Source: Lingula anatina (lineage: Eukaryota; Animalia; Brachiopoda). Taken from it: a stretch of 64,000 nt of DNA. The stretch spans positions 45,672,788 through 45,736,787 of the forward strand of contig CM120640.1 of NCBI GenBank assembly GCA_051362555.1, in the 5' to 3' direction. Position numbers and translations under genes: made by a program. Under the pieces are notes generated by a model. That model was not told the DNA's origin. It was given only the letters and a program-made list of their open reading frames with translations, and made no database searches. Numbering within the stretch: the first letter of the stretch is position 1; the number at the start of each line of letters is the position of its first letter. Below, piece after piece: positions 29,401 to 43,152 of this stretch.

Positions 29401-31477
29401 GGCACAAGCATTGCTTTAATTGGTTGCAGAATGAATGCTCAATGATTGGACAGTTGTTGGCACTTTAAGTATTTTTTTTTAACTCTCAGATGGGGACATA
29501 GAAAGCATGCTGTGCACTGTAAATAGGGCTTTACTAACTGAACTCTATGTATTACCCCCCATCCTTTCAATACCAAGATGTTCCAATAAACAAGCACATT
29601 TTGGTATTATTTCTGGTGGTTAATAAGGTACTGTTTAAATAAACCATAAAGAGAATAATAGTAATTTTGCCAAATAATCTCTTGGTTTAAATGTGTTTTC
29701 CTTGCCTTGTAACTGCAATGTGCTATGTTACATATTGATACACTATGGTGGCCTTATCCTTAACTAGTAAGGTCAAAGGCCAATGAAGCACTTAAGGAGA
29801 GACATTTTATGTACAAGAGCCAAGTACATGAACAGAAAAATATCGTTCCTAACAATGTACATCATAATATTTTATCTATATCAATTCCACGACAACTTCA
29901 ACAATGATTAATTTTTTGTTAGTAACAAACAAGCTGGCATGCTTCTCTGGGAAATGGACACCACTTTTAGATTAAATTTATGGTAAATGTTCAGCCACCA
30001 TAGTCAGATTGGTCAAATGAACTTTTAAAAAAACTTAAACATTCACTCTGTTGTACTACTACATTTTTCCAAGATGGTTTTTCTATAATCATGGAGGAAT
30101 GGTGTTTGCTTTTTTTCACTCACCTTTCTTATCTTCATACCATATTTTGACAAGTCTGTCGGCCTATAATAACAGAATCTTATTACTAAACACTGTCAAT
30201 TTGTGTTCATCTTCCTAATAAATCACTATCTTCTCCAATAAATATCTCTGCCTAAATACTTTGTACTAATTTAACTTGGTTTTTACTTTTGTTTAAACAA
30301 CAGATGAATAACAACCTTTCATAAAAGAAAATCTTATTAAATTTTGAGATGATTTACTCAAAACAGGCAAGAATTTGGTCAGCACATGCACCCTCTCACC
30401 TTCCCAGCCGATGCAAACAGCAGTCCATCTGGAGAAAACTGCAGGTGAAAAACAGGGGTGGCAGTTTTACATTCCCATATACAATGCCATTCAGGCTCAT
30501 CCACATCTCCAACATGAAATGATACTCCAAACACATCGTTGCCACCATCATCTCCACCAATGCTGAAACTGCCTCCTCCTCCTCCTCCTCCGCCACCACC
30601 ATGATGGGAGTCATCTTCATGATGATCGTCAGGGCAACGCCACATCTGAATATGCTCCCCACCAGTCAGGAGACGTGTGCCTTGAAAACAAATGACAAAT
30701 TTAGATAATATTCTTTTGAAAGGGTTTTATGTGTGTAATATATTCATTATCAGGTAGACAAAAGAGAAAATGCTGACATAAAAATTAGATACTGAAGGAG
30801 ACATGAATACCAAGCTTTATTTTTAGTATTTTTTTATTGATTCATTTCTCATTCCAACACCATTTCATTGCCCAAGAGATTGTGATAACACATATAAATG
30901 GAGATGGTGGTTCAATAAGCAGGCACTAAATTGGTAAACACGTCATAATGCAACAATAAAGTCAAGCATCTTCTATCAAGATTGTCTTAATTGAGAAATC
31001 AGTTCTTCCTGTCTTGCTGACATTAACTGAAACTCTGTAGTAGTGACTAGTCTTTCATTGCCATAGTAACCTCTAGGGAGATTAACCAGGCTGCAACGCT
31101 CACAGAAAAACCCTTTCTTTTGCTTTTTTGTTTCAATACATACTTCACACATACCAAGTAATAACATCACCACCTGTTGTCAAGGAGTGACACAAGCTTG
31201 CAATATTTTTCTAACAAGGAAAAACAATTGCATTGTGAAAAATGAAAAGGCATTGTAATATACATCCTAGAACCTGCTAAGCATGTTTTGAACACAAATG
31301 AACCTACTGTCTTGTTAGTATGATCATTGGTTTTTCCCTAAGGCATGAATCTAATAAACAAGTAGCATTGTAATATTACTCATGACAAACTGTCCTGACA
31401 AAGGTTATTACTCACATTAACCACTTGTAGGAGTACACATTTTAATAATTTTCTGAATTTGCCTCTTATTTGCAAAC

Positions 31478-31535
<58 letters not shown>

Positions 31536-34500
31536 CAACCTATATTAGTAGGGCAGTATTGGCAAAGAAAACTACAGCAAACATTACACATCACCATTAG
31601 CTAAACCCATGGCCCAATGTCTTGTGAGGCAAGGAATGTTGAGTACTGTTTGTACTGATCATGATGGAGTACCGTTTGTCTGCGAAACACAACATTGCAA
31701 ACATATTACTAAAATGTACTAATGCCTCAACACAATTTCGTCCATCTAATATTTATATTTCACAACAGTATCTTAACTTTACTTTTCCAGTGACCTTAAA
31801 CTGTACTAATTTGGGAGTATATTTCTATGCAGTAGCATACATCCATGAATACTAAGTTGGCAGTAATTTGTGATATGGCATAAGGTTGAACAATTACAGA
31901 TAGCCACTGAATGGATTGTTTTTCAATCAAACAATTTCTCTTTCAGTTTTTATTATTAATTTGGAAAAAAAAACTAAAGATGTCTCATATACAAGTCTTG
32001 AATTAAATTGGGAAACATTTTCAAAGCAAGCTCAATATGTATGCTCTGCATTAGAGAAGCCCATAAAGTAGCTTTCACCTGATGACGCCCTATGTAATAT
32101 GCTAGAAATTATGTGCCTGTCTTCACATTTTCTTTTCGTGAGTGGTAAACTATATGATACACTGCACTATGTAGAAGGAAATAACCTTCAAATGTCATCC
32201 TTATCAAGTGTGTTTGGGTCATTTACTGATGCTGACAGGGATGACTGCCATGAGCATTTATAAAATTAATGATTCTCAGTCTGAGATGTACTTTTGTGAA
32301 CATTAATAATCTTCCATATGGACTTATTTTTGAGAAAGAGAGATAGAGAGAATCAAGTTTTAACATAAAAATGAGGCATTTAAAGGTATAATAACTCTTC
32401 GTTTTGGCCAAAAAATGAATTTTCCTGGAGTACACAACAATTTTCCCGTACTTACCAATGTTTAATGAATCCATTTTTACATTCGAAGTTAGTCCCTGTT
32501 TTTTTTCTAAAAAGTTTGGTTTTTTGTTAAAATCTCTTTAGAGATTATAACAGAGCATAGCCATCAATGGAGGTCACGTGGTCTAAAGACAAGCTCTGAT
32601 ATCAGAATAATAGCTGTAACTGCTGTTTTTGTGGTACAACAGAAAATATTATATTTTTATGAGTTGTTCACAATGTTTTTATTGTGAAATATAGATCTCA
32701 TACGAAGAGTTATTATCCCTTTAATATCTAGTTATCATAATTGCAATTTGCAGTGACTGTAAGTCCCAATGAACTTAGTAAACAAAGAAAGGAGCACTTG
32801 AAGTGTTACTGGAATTCTTCCTATATCATGCCCATGACTCCTGTGAGAACACAAATGGCAATCATCAATTTGACATGTTGTAAAACCCCACTATGCATAA
32901 AAGAAGACATCAAGTATGATTTTAACCAAAGACACAATGGTTTAAGATGAGTTCACAAATGGAACCTTTAAGATGGGCAGCAGAAAAGAATTCAATTTGG
33001 TAGATTCAATGTAATTACTTTGGGAAATATTTCTTAATGATATCTTATATAGAAAGAATGCAAATCAGTTTAACTAAAATAGTTAATGATAGTATAAATC
33101 AATATTCATATGACTTCTCCATGGTTTGTCCATGATGGAGTACAGTTTCACGATGTTCACCAAACATCATTTAAGTCAGGGCATAAAAAAAGCTCAGCAC
33201 CTGTGCTACATTTTAAGGCAATATTTGCAACCTAAAAAGCCTAGATATGTAGTTATACTTCATGCACATATCATTTTAAGCATACTGTGTGTATAACAGA
33301 CAAAATGTCATAATCATCTCTCTACTCAATGTACTTTCGGTTTGGGAGTTCAACTTTCTTATATTCCCTTCAACCCAGTGAATGCAACAATAGCAACCAT
33401 AAGCTCTTATTCAATTTTGGGTATCCTTAAAATTACATTAAAAAGAAGCAAATTAACATTTCTGAGAATTGCGGACTGTATTTATCAGATCAGCTGTCTT
33501 TTGAGAGGTAAAGAGAAATAGATGCAGTGACCAGACAGGAAGAAATCCAGACTTTTTTCAAGGAGGCAAGTAAGTAATCTACTTTCTTGGTAAGGTTATA
33601 TTGGCAAGAGAGTCTTTACTGCATTAAAGAATATGGTAACATAGCAATTATCTGTGAGGATTTGGTTTCACAACATGGTTGGATAATATAATAGATATGG
33701 TATTCCCATATCTTTTGCAGAAAAAGGCTCTTGAACCTAGGTTACAAACATACAACCTGCTGAGAAGCTGATCAAGCAAATTTGCAAGGAATGTTTGTAC
33801 CTGTAAATCTATAATGAAGCAAGTGATGGAGAAATTGCATGGCATAGACCCGATTACCTGGATACAAACAGAACTTTTCATTTGAAAATCATCTATATTA
33901 TTCTGAAAACAAAATGAGGTATAAGTAACAGCACCAGAATAAACTGAACTTAGCTCCTCATTTCATTATTTTCATGTTTTTCTTTCTTTTTTTTATTTAC
34001 TGATTCTTCTTCTATCCAATAAAGATAAAAATGATTAGTAAATTGATTCAAGAAATACCCTACAGATGTCCACGAAGTTATAAAATTGAGCTAAAAAAAA
34101 AAAAACTCAAGACTTGCAGAGTAATGGCTGTTTAATTAGCTTTTCATGCTGGATCTGATCTTAGAGTATTTAACTGATAGAGCCAGTCTCAAGTGTCCTA
34201 AATCATGCAAATCTTAGGTGGTATTTCCAGTCAAGTTGAACAAACCTTGTATTATCTACCCAGAAGGTGTGGTTAAGACTTTGCTGTCCCACTCACTGAA
34301 AATGAAACTGCGGTAAATTGGTCTCTCTCTCAGGTTAATACAAGATTAAGACCTTTATTATTACACTTATTTTGAAGGAAATAATAAATGTAAGCACTGT
34401 AATAAACCATCACACCATCACATTTGACAGATGTGGTGTAAAGCTTAACCTATCCTATCAGTACAGTGTTACTTAGCATCATGTAGTGTTCTTTGAAAAA

Positions 34501-37500
34501 CACCTCATAATATGGGGTATACACTTCCCATAGGCAGGGATGACAGGTAAAGTGCATTTCCCACCAAGCTGCCATGGCATTACACAGTGCCAATTATCTC
34601 TGCAAACTAGGTGAATATGGTTTTCAAACATGAGGCAGTCTAATATAACTCTTCTGTTCCATCCACAGCCAATGCATTTGCCATTGTGATTACATTGCAA
34701 TTGGCCTTCTGGACAGATATTGTAGCAACTTATCATGACTGTCTACTGAGATACTCTATTCTAAGTTAAGCTGCCACAACATGACAAGAAATACAGCCTG
34801 AACCTAGCACATAAGTGAGTGGTGACAGCATCATGTATTGATCACAAGATCTTTCTTAAGGCAACTCCTGTAAGTACCAGTCTTTCCCAAGGCATGGATA
34901 ACATAAATATCTCTATAGTGGCACCGTTACACAGGCAGAATCTTAGATTGGCTAGTTTGGAGTTTAACCTGAATTCATGTGGATATGATCAAGGTTATAA
35001 CAATTGCTTTCAGTAAGAATGGTTGCACAGCAAACCAATAAACAATCAGCTGAAGGTAGCTGATTAGTATACCTACAGGCACAGCATAACATAATTTGAG
35101 CAATACATGTATAACATCATCTCAAAACCAGTTTTGCACCAACTTTACTTATGCATTGTGTGAATGTGAACTAAGGCACACCTCAGGGTCAAAACTCATG
35201 TCCACAGCACACATATATACTAAGACACATTACCAGTGACACCAAAACAATCAGATTCACATGATGACCTGAAGCTTCACACAACTTCTCTCTCTCCCCA
35301 TCTCACAAATTGCGATATAGTACAAACACACCCACATACAGATAAATGTAGGAAGTGTGCTTTTCACATGATGACCTAAATGTCCAATTTACATATCTTT
35401 CAATCCAACAAATCATACCCCCCCCCCCCCCCCAACACACACACAGAGTCACACATACAAACTGCACTTTTGATCCTTCTCTCACTGGCAACCCATTCAT
35501 ATTGCTTGATTATGTGGCCATTTGTCATTTTTGGTTAGGTTCTGCATCATATGGCATTATATGTTGTCAGATTATATACCATGGTCAATATATGAACAGT
35601 ATTGCTACCATGTCTGGCCAGTGACATGTTTACACTCCAAAAGTGGTACATATGTAGTGCACACTGCATTCAAACCAATTCAGCGTAGACAAATAAAGAA
35701 AATGTAGACTGAAAAAACTTGTGGTGTAGGAATTTTATTTGGAACAAAATAGAAAATCTATTGAAAAAGATAAAACAATCAGAATTTTGATGCACACCAG
35801 GTTTGAAATTAGAAGATAACACTGTTTACCAGTGTAAACGAGCACTAGTTTAATTTCCTACCTTCTAGGTTCCATGAGAGACATGTAATATAGGAGTCTG
35901 CTTCAAATGTGCCTGTCTGGTACCACTGGTAGTCTAAACCCTAAAATGAACAATACAGAGAGTTATCTTAGCATCTATGGTTTTAAGACTACTTTATGTT
36001 CTTCCTCTTAGATATTGAACGATGGGTTTGGTTAGGGATTAATAAGGCACTGTTTTTTTAAAAGACAAATATGACTGATAAGTGCAAAACTAAGATTATA
36101 TATTATACTATTCAAGCAGTTCACCCAGTAAAGTTTTTTTTTTTTTTTTTTTGGCTTTCTCATATATTAAAACTATTTATGGGTGACAAGGAAATTTATG
36201 TGTCTATGGGCACTGAACTTGAGGAAAAAATCAGTCATGAATACAAAAGCTGGATTGTTTCTGTTATTTATAGAGTAATAATACGTTCTTCTTTTTCTTA
36301 TTTTCTTAGGCGATTTATTTTTAAGTTATGACTTCTAAAGAAAGAACTATACATATATGAGAAAATGTATAGGATCACAAAAATAATTATATAACTCTTG
36401 AACAGTGGAAGGGTTTTTCCAATCACATGACAAGCACAGGTTAAATTACATTTAAACATTCACTTCTCATTCTTTCTTGATCAGTAAGTCATACTTAGAG
36501 GTAGATTACTGTAAAATAAACATTGTGCAGTGAATATTGAAATAAACAGTATTGTTATTTGTGTGAAAAAATAGTGTTACAGAGTTCACACATTCATAAA
36601 ATCAACAATGATTCAATACAAAAGGAATACAGCAAGTTAGAGAGGGGAGAGGGAGAGTAGGTAGCAGAAACTTATTGGAAAAGGATAAATTTTCAATACA
36701 ATTAAGAAGGTGATTATCTTGTAATGATGTCTTACATTCTCATTCAAAAGAAATTGAAAAGTCCTTATTTCCAATCAGTAAAGCTTAATTACCAAAAACC
36801 AGCAATAACAAATGAAAAATGACTTTTGCAAACACTCTTGTGCTATTCCCTGGACCTAGATGGATAGCACTCTTTTAAAATGTTTTTTCATGATCAAACA
36901 AGAGGAAAAAAGGTCTGGAAATGGAGTCATCTACTTAAGGGTCTCAATCAATAATAGTTCTCTTGTGCTGGCTGATTGGTGTGGCTGCAGGCACCGAGTG
37001 AATAATCATGATGGGAAAAGAAAATAAAAAGGTATAGAGTCCAACAGCATGTACAACTTGGTATTTTTCTCCATACTACCTGAATAAGCCGATATAGGTC
37101 CTGGAAAACAGCAATTATTCATATTCAGGATAGATGTTCTACTCATGTATGATAAGTGTTTTAAGTATTATGCATGGGTAGAATTCACATGAAAAATTGA
37201 GGTAGATAAAATAATCCATACTGGTACAACCCTATTGATATTTAACTAATTCTTGTCATTTGTTTTTGTTCTACACTTCCTCATAGGTGAGCATATGGTT
37301 CACAATTCCCAAATATAATGTCATTTTGCATTAACACAAAAAATCATTCTTGTCATAAATTCAACAGTGCATTACACACACATCAAACTATGGGTTTTAC
37401 TCTAACCCCACCAATGACCATACACACAGTCAAGGCAGATTCTTTTTCATTATTGATTTTGGATCAATCTAAGCCGCAAAAGGAAGATGAAACAATGCAA

Positions 37501-40500
37501 TGTGGTGTACACTGAAACAAAACACCAAAAAGCAATTATAGTTACGGAATGAAGGATCTTTGGTATCATTTCCAAGAAATAACTTTGGAAAAATTATTTT
37601 GAACTGCCAAATAGTATGAGTTTGCATATGCACAAATAACTACTTAATCAAACAAAACTTTGTAGTCATGAAATTATGTTGGATTTTTCGTTATTTTCTT
37701 TTGTGTAATACATGTAACTGGTCAACATATGGTATTTGTTTTCCTTCTGATCAGTAACAGATGAACATAAACAAAATAGTGATTCTTTCACTTCAGCTTT
37801 TCTCTCTGCTATCTATTCCCTACATGATAATGCCTGATGTTTAACCTTTATGAAATAGAAATATGAGGTGAAAAATGAAATATTGCAAAACCTGAACTTT
37901 TAATTCCTATTCTCACTAAGTTTAATCAAGCTACTGCAATCACCATCTGTGAGTGAGTGGACTGGATAACAGAAAGTGGGGGGGGGATTATAAACTAAAT
38001 TATTCAGGCAAGGGCACATGACTGTTTTGTGACTTGCACTATAAACCCACAAAATAGATAAACAATAAAAACATATTGTACATATATAATCTGTCACCCT
38101 GATGATAAGGATAAAATATCATGCATTTAAGCTGATAAATAAATCATAGACACAATTTCATACTTCATCCTAGAGAATGATATTTGTCACCTTCTTCTAA
38201 ACAACCTCATCTACTTCATTAATACTAAATCACACCCTCAAAACACTAATAAAAGATCTCTAATCAATTATACGTATGCTATAAGGAGAGATTCGCTGAA
38301 AACAATCTGAAACTTGGGGTGCTCTAAATAAACAGGATATTACACTTTCTTGTTAACAATTGATAGCATAAATGTATATTCTGGTGCACATTAATATCAT
38401 TATTATTATTACGTATTTCTGTTATCAGATAAAAGTTCAGCACAGCCACAGAATAGTTTCTGATATTCAGCAACTATAATGAGTAATAAAAACTGCTATG
38501 ATTCTTTTAATGAAGGCATAAAACATGAACTAAACAATACCCTTTTTATACATAAGTGTGATTATTTTCTGAATGGCACCTATTCCCCCCTTAATTTGTG
38601 ACCTATGTTTAGAGGGGAAACCCCAATGTCATTGGACAGAAATGTAACCTGTTTCTAAATACATTACGTATATGTTACTGCCACTATCACATGAATAAAG
38701 AACAAAAACACTGTCTACTTGCTTGTCATCAACAAACAAATGATGTTCCAACTATTTCCTTGTATGCACAATTCACTTACTACTTATCTTCTTTTTTCTT
38801 GGACTTTTTTTTCAAATGACTAATTCTTTAAAGATTTCACAATCCTTTACCCAAGGGTCATTAAAAATACAACTTATTTTAAGAAAATGACGAATCCTTG
38901 TGCCTGGCAATGCTGCAAAGTACATTGTACCATCTGTCATGTTGACTTTTAGAAGTACTTACATGTGGTGTGTCATGATGAAGAAGAGGAGTTGGTTCAA
39001 AGATGTACACTTTATTTTCATATGAAGCTGCAATCTGAAAATATTTTTAAAAAGTACATATTAGTTAATAATCTTACATTTTACTAAGAGCAATTTGTTT
39101 ACTGAGATGCACTCATTAATCTTTAACTAAATAATCCATATATCAACCTGATCAAAATCACATGCCACTTAATATTTACAAATCATCTAAAAGAGATTTT
39201 AGTTCAAATTAATTTGTATACTCCTATACTATCATTGCATTTAAAGCTGCACTTTCACTCTAAGTGATGAAAAATATACATTATATCATCATGACATTCA
39301 GTTAATTTTTCCGTATAGGCCTATTCAATATACTGCATATATTTGTTGTACATATGATTGTATCATGCTTTTCAAACATGCTAAATATGCTGTATAAATG
39401 AAGTCCTCTTTAAGTTATACAACATAAGGTCATTAATAGCAGCCTCAAAGAAATAATATCTGAGATAAAATAAAAAGCTGAATTTGACATAAAGAAAGCA
39501 TTTCCTCTAAAGGGAATACTTCTTCTTTAGATTCATTTGGATAAATGAGACGTATCTTCAAATTTTGAAATCCCTTTTACAAAAAATATTTTGATATACC
39601 ATGCACTCAAGGATTTGATAACATAAACCTGTAGTAAAAGTTTAGTGCATGTCATTAATATTATGTAAATATCAGAAACAAAATCATTGATAAATCAGCT
39701 GTGTCTAAGGGTGAAATCAATGGTTATTACCTTATTCCTCTATCTTCTCTGACTGATCAATATACTGTTACAAACATACGAAATAATATCTATGCACTGA
39801 ATGATAGGTCATGTTATGAATCTGGCATTAAATATCGACAAACTTTCCATCCTTAGATAAGTCATGAAAATGCATGAACTTAAAGAAATGAAGAGGTATT
39901 CACTTAAGTACTGTGGGGATATCATTCTAGGTGGAGTTTTTATAGAAGTGTTAATATAATATACTACAATTGTCCCAATTTAACCTCTAATATCTTTTTT
40001 TTTTTAGTTTTTATCTAATAAACAAGTATAAAATACTATCTTTGATATTCTCAAGCAGATTGATGCCAGTCACTTCAGGTAACAATATATTTGATTTCAA
40101 GCAGTGATATGAAGCAAAATTATAATCATAAAATATTCCTTTACATGGGCTTGTATCATCATAGTGAATTTCAGTCAACTTAACAGCAAGACACTTTATA
40201 CTTTACCTAAAATAAATGCAAAAAAAAAGTCAATTTGTATTTATAAGAATTCTGATTTGTCTACCACCAAGCTTTTTTTTGGAAAAAATTACATTGCAAC
40301 TATAGAGAGACAAGCTTATAACTACCATGTAAACTCTTACAATAGTGAAATTAAAATAAATTTACTGTAATAAGATCTTTTAGGAAGGTTAATTTTGAAG
40401 ATCCACACAATGAACACTCAGATATGCTTAGTTTCTTTATCAAAAGTGCAACAAAATGCGCTAACTTCTACCTTACCAAAACAGATGGTGCAAAGAGAAA

Positions 40501-41427
40501 ATATTGATTGATAAAGGCAAATACAACAGACTGCTTCCCTTTTGCTTCCTGCACAGCTATTTTCATTTATGATGAAACTGCCGTGTTCGTTCAATTCAAA
40601 ATGCCTTTGTGATAGATTGAGGAAATTAAGTGATTAAATGAAATAATGGATTAAAAACGTCTACAGTATTTAGCCAATTTAAAGCCAGGATGAAGTCTGT
40701 ATTATTGTGGTCATTTCTCCAATAAGTGTTGCCTCCTGACCATTTATTTTGATCAATAGTCAGACCTAAGGTTAAGATGATCCCATTATCACATTGTCTG
40801 TTGCATTGAGTTAGCAATAGGCTACAGTAAAGCAGAGGCCAAAAGAATGTGATTAGTTCAAATGAACATCAAAGCTAGACAATACTGCATTACTGAAGTG
40901 TATTCGACAAGTCTTCACAGTGTTGAACTGCACTTCTGGGCTTTTCACATTCCTAACTTTGTACTGTACAGGCTGAAGTACAGTTTAATTTTTCTTTTTG
41001 ACTATATTCAATGGACCTATATCAATTATAATAAATGTCTATAAAATGTTAACTGCCAACAGCAATAATTTTTTAACTAGATATATCAACCACCAGTTAG
41101 AGATTTAAATGTTTTCTTTCAAACATAATTAGAAAGTTCAATATTTCCAGTTAAGTCAGATGAGATCATGTGTTAATTCCATTTTCACAACTCTGATCCA
41201 TGAACAGAAAAAAAACTGCCACAGTAAAACTCATAATTGTTACATGACAGTATTGCCAAAAGAGCTTTTAAATCATATTTAAATTATCTACATCAAAGAA
41301 ACAAGAGTTTTGTGATAAATTATCATTGCATCACATAAATATTTCACACTGATAACATATTTCACGAACAAATTTCAATTTTAAGGTATCCTTGCCCTCC
41401 AATATGTTACCAATGCATTTACACAAA

Positions 41428-41465
<38 letters not shown>

Positions 41466-42847
41466 CTGATCAATAAAAAATAAACAATAAAAGCAGAATT
41501 AACTATCATTTTATCTTTTTTATATAAAACCCATTTAATATAAGATCAAACTATCAGAAGTGTACTGCTATTTATTTTGTTAAATCACCAGTCAGTGTGT
41601 CTCACTTGTCCAGACACAAACTTACCATCTACCAGGGTCACAGATTGATTTTTCACTATTCACAGATTATGTCTCTGGTTAAATACGGTCAAATCTTCTA
41701 AAGGCTGGTAGAAAATGTGCCTGTAATATCTGCCGCCCTGGTAGAGGGTAACACAAAATGGATCACATCATTTGTATTTATCTGTGTATACTGCAAAGCC
41801 ACCAAATATCTCACCTTTCCTGTGTCTATAGAACAGTCTATGCAGCTGACTTGAATATTACCATGAGTGGCACCAGGGATTATCTGAACTCGCTGAAAAT
41901 CACTAGCTAAAATGACAATGTCACACCCTGCAGCATATGCCTGAAAAGAGAGAGATATTGGTTTACAGATTAAGTATTGACTGCTTAATGGAAACATCTT
42001 CAAATAAACCAATTCAAGATATATTGACCTTCAAAGAGTAATTTGTTTTTGATTCCAAGGTTTTTGATTATGTTATTCAAGTGGTTTTTCTAATAAAATG
42101 AGCAATGATATCAACTCTGTTCAATATTCTGCAAATTGCGAGCTATACAATGTGTGAAAAGAACACTTTAAACAAGTGGTAATTAATTAAATCTGAACTT
42201 TGATCAATAATATTTCTGTGAGTTACATATTAAGTATCCATACACCAGCCAATGCTAGTCACATTTTTGTTTAGCAAGTGTTATTTGACAACCTCCAAAC
42301 TTAACCTATTCATATATTTTCTTTAAACATGAGATGTGGTCCATTTCACTTGCTTGACAATGACTTAACAAAGGCGAATAATTCTGCAGCTTATTAATCC
42401 AGGATACAAAAACATGCCCCTGACTCATTATATTCATCGTGCCTTTTCTTTTCAATACTCAGTACATGAATACTCAGTGAACAATACCACTAGATAAGAA
42501 ATAATAATAATTTTAAAAATAAAAACAAATGCAACAGGAAGTGTGGTATTCTTTTAGACAACTTCATTAACATTACATTCTTGGATTCACACGTTTTACC
42601 TTAATATAGGTTTTAAACATATAAGCAAACATGAAAACTCAAACCTCATAAACTTACTTACACCTCCACAAACTTGGTAATCATTTTTTGCGACAGACAT
42701 TGTTAATGAATGTGGAGACAGTGAAACTGATTAAAATCCTGCAAATGGATGCAAACTTACCGTGAAGTTGATACCTTCCACACTTCCTACAGCGTAGCAG
42801 TGATCTCCAGTATTGACAGCACCAGTCAGCACTTGGTGCCGATTCAT
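2427..42847 (-). CDS. DMXL2: DmX-like protein / Rabconnectin-3 alpha (co-ortholog of DMXL1 and DMXL2; WD40 + Rav1p_C V-ATPase assembly scaffold), multi-exon, 3' end lies beyond the left edge of the window
   Basis: The N-terminus MNRHQVLTGAVNTGDHCYAVGSVEGINFT-AYAAGCDIVILASDFQRVQIIPGATHGNIQVSCIDCS matches the DMXL family start. Further family motifs: QLDWVSTEDGSHILTVGVG, LPQYHPKQILELLNFGK, WRKAALKNAFALLG, LASVRMELTLLLQE, KRLWMHLV..FIRYIF. Phase-consistent GT-AG exons: 42761-42847, 41815-41940, 38963-39034, 35862-35940, 30400-30680, 30124-30163, 26270-26402, 23964-24149, 23582-23766, 22732-22971, 22230-22444, 20433-20599, 19408-20082, 18730-18865, 18074-18220, 17411-17648, 16876-17024, 15335-15593, 14669-14809, 12967-14352, 12427-12732, 11979-12053, 11512-11666, 11222-11341, 10761-10858, 10225-10390, 8949-9915, 8258-8590, 7277-7922, 6952-7064, 6499-6753, 5935-6095, 5376-5509, 5127-5260, 4695-4890, (3503-3541), 2427-2544. 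The C-terminal WD40 exons are not in the window. Confidence 0.97.
3503..3541 (-). CDS. 39-nt DMXL micro-exon (xFQKLWDHHNTPFx), paralogous to the last 39 nt of exon 4695-4890
   Basis: Acceptor tttctag| and donor |gtaagt, phase 2-2, open frame. It shares ACAATACTCCATTT (NTPF) with the end of the upstream exon. Confidence 0.75.
9046..9147 (-). repeat. Coding 42-nt tandem repeat in DMXL (FDWSTPTTQQKADA-FDWSTPVTQQKADT-FDWSQP)
   Basis: gaccaatcaaa recurs at 9053, 9095 and 9137 (period 42). Confidence 0.9.
29331..29530. mobile_element. Diverged PIF/Harbinger-like MITE in a DMXL intron
   Basis: Imperfect TIRs AACCCCCTTTACACTGGACAGCA vs (reverse complement) AGCCCTATTTACAGTGCACAGCA, 18/23 identical. 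TTA on both sides (29328-30, 29531-33). Confidence 0.6.
31481..31532. repeat. (GA)n microsatellite
   Basis: Perfect GA run of about 26 units. Confidence 0.95.
32384..32720. mobile_element. Non-autonomous Kolobok-like DNA transposon (MITE), 337 bp
   Basis: TIRs AGGTATAATAACTCTTCGT and ACGAAGAGTTATTATCCCT (18/19). TTAA duplication at 32380-83 and 32721-24. AG...CT termini with a TTAA TSD fit Kolobok; piggyBac usually starts CC. Confidence 0.8.
41431..41462. repeat. Poly-A tract
   Basis: About 32 consecutive A. Confidence 0.9.
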
Positions 42848-43152
42848 GATTCTGGTTAAAATAAGTCTTGATGAGAGCGTCTGCAGGATTTTTTATTCGC
42901 TATCGACCGACAGTCGCCCACTGCAGCCATTTTACAATACTTATACGCGCGTAAAATTGCTTGGTGATATACTTGGCAGCACAATAAGTTTGAGAAATAA
43001 AAATGATATGTACAGTGGTACATTATTCAAATAGAAAAATGTTTATATAAAAAATTATATAAAGTAAATTTTATATAAATAAATTTAAAGTACCTCATGA
43101 CATGTGATCGACTTTAGGGTGCTTGATAAAATGTTTCATCCGGGCTCTTGCT
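42848..43152. promoter_or_regulatory. Bidirectional promoter region shared by DMXL and DTWD2
   Basis: 305 bp between divergent start codons, with locally elevated CpG. A YY1-like AAAATGGCTGC lies on the minus strand at 42923-42933, and three TATATAAA copies at 43044-43079. Confidence 0.8.

Noticed and set aside
39240-39260. ttaaagctgcactttcac, a Kolobok-like terminus
   Set aside because: No matching opposite end was found, so there is not enough to call an element.
24500-41600. Many short ORFs in the large 5' DMXL introns
   Set aside because: AT-rich random frames with no recognisable domains. I detected no nested gene, tRNA or rRNA by eye.
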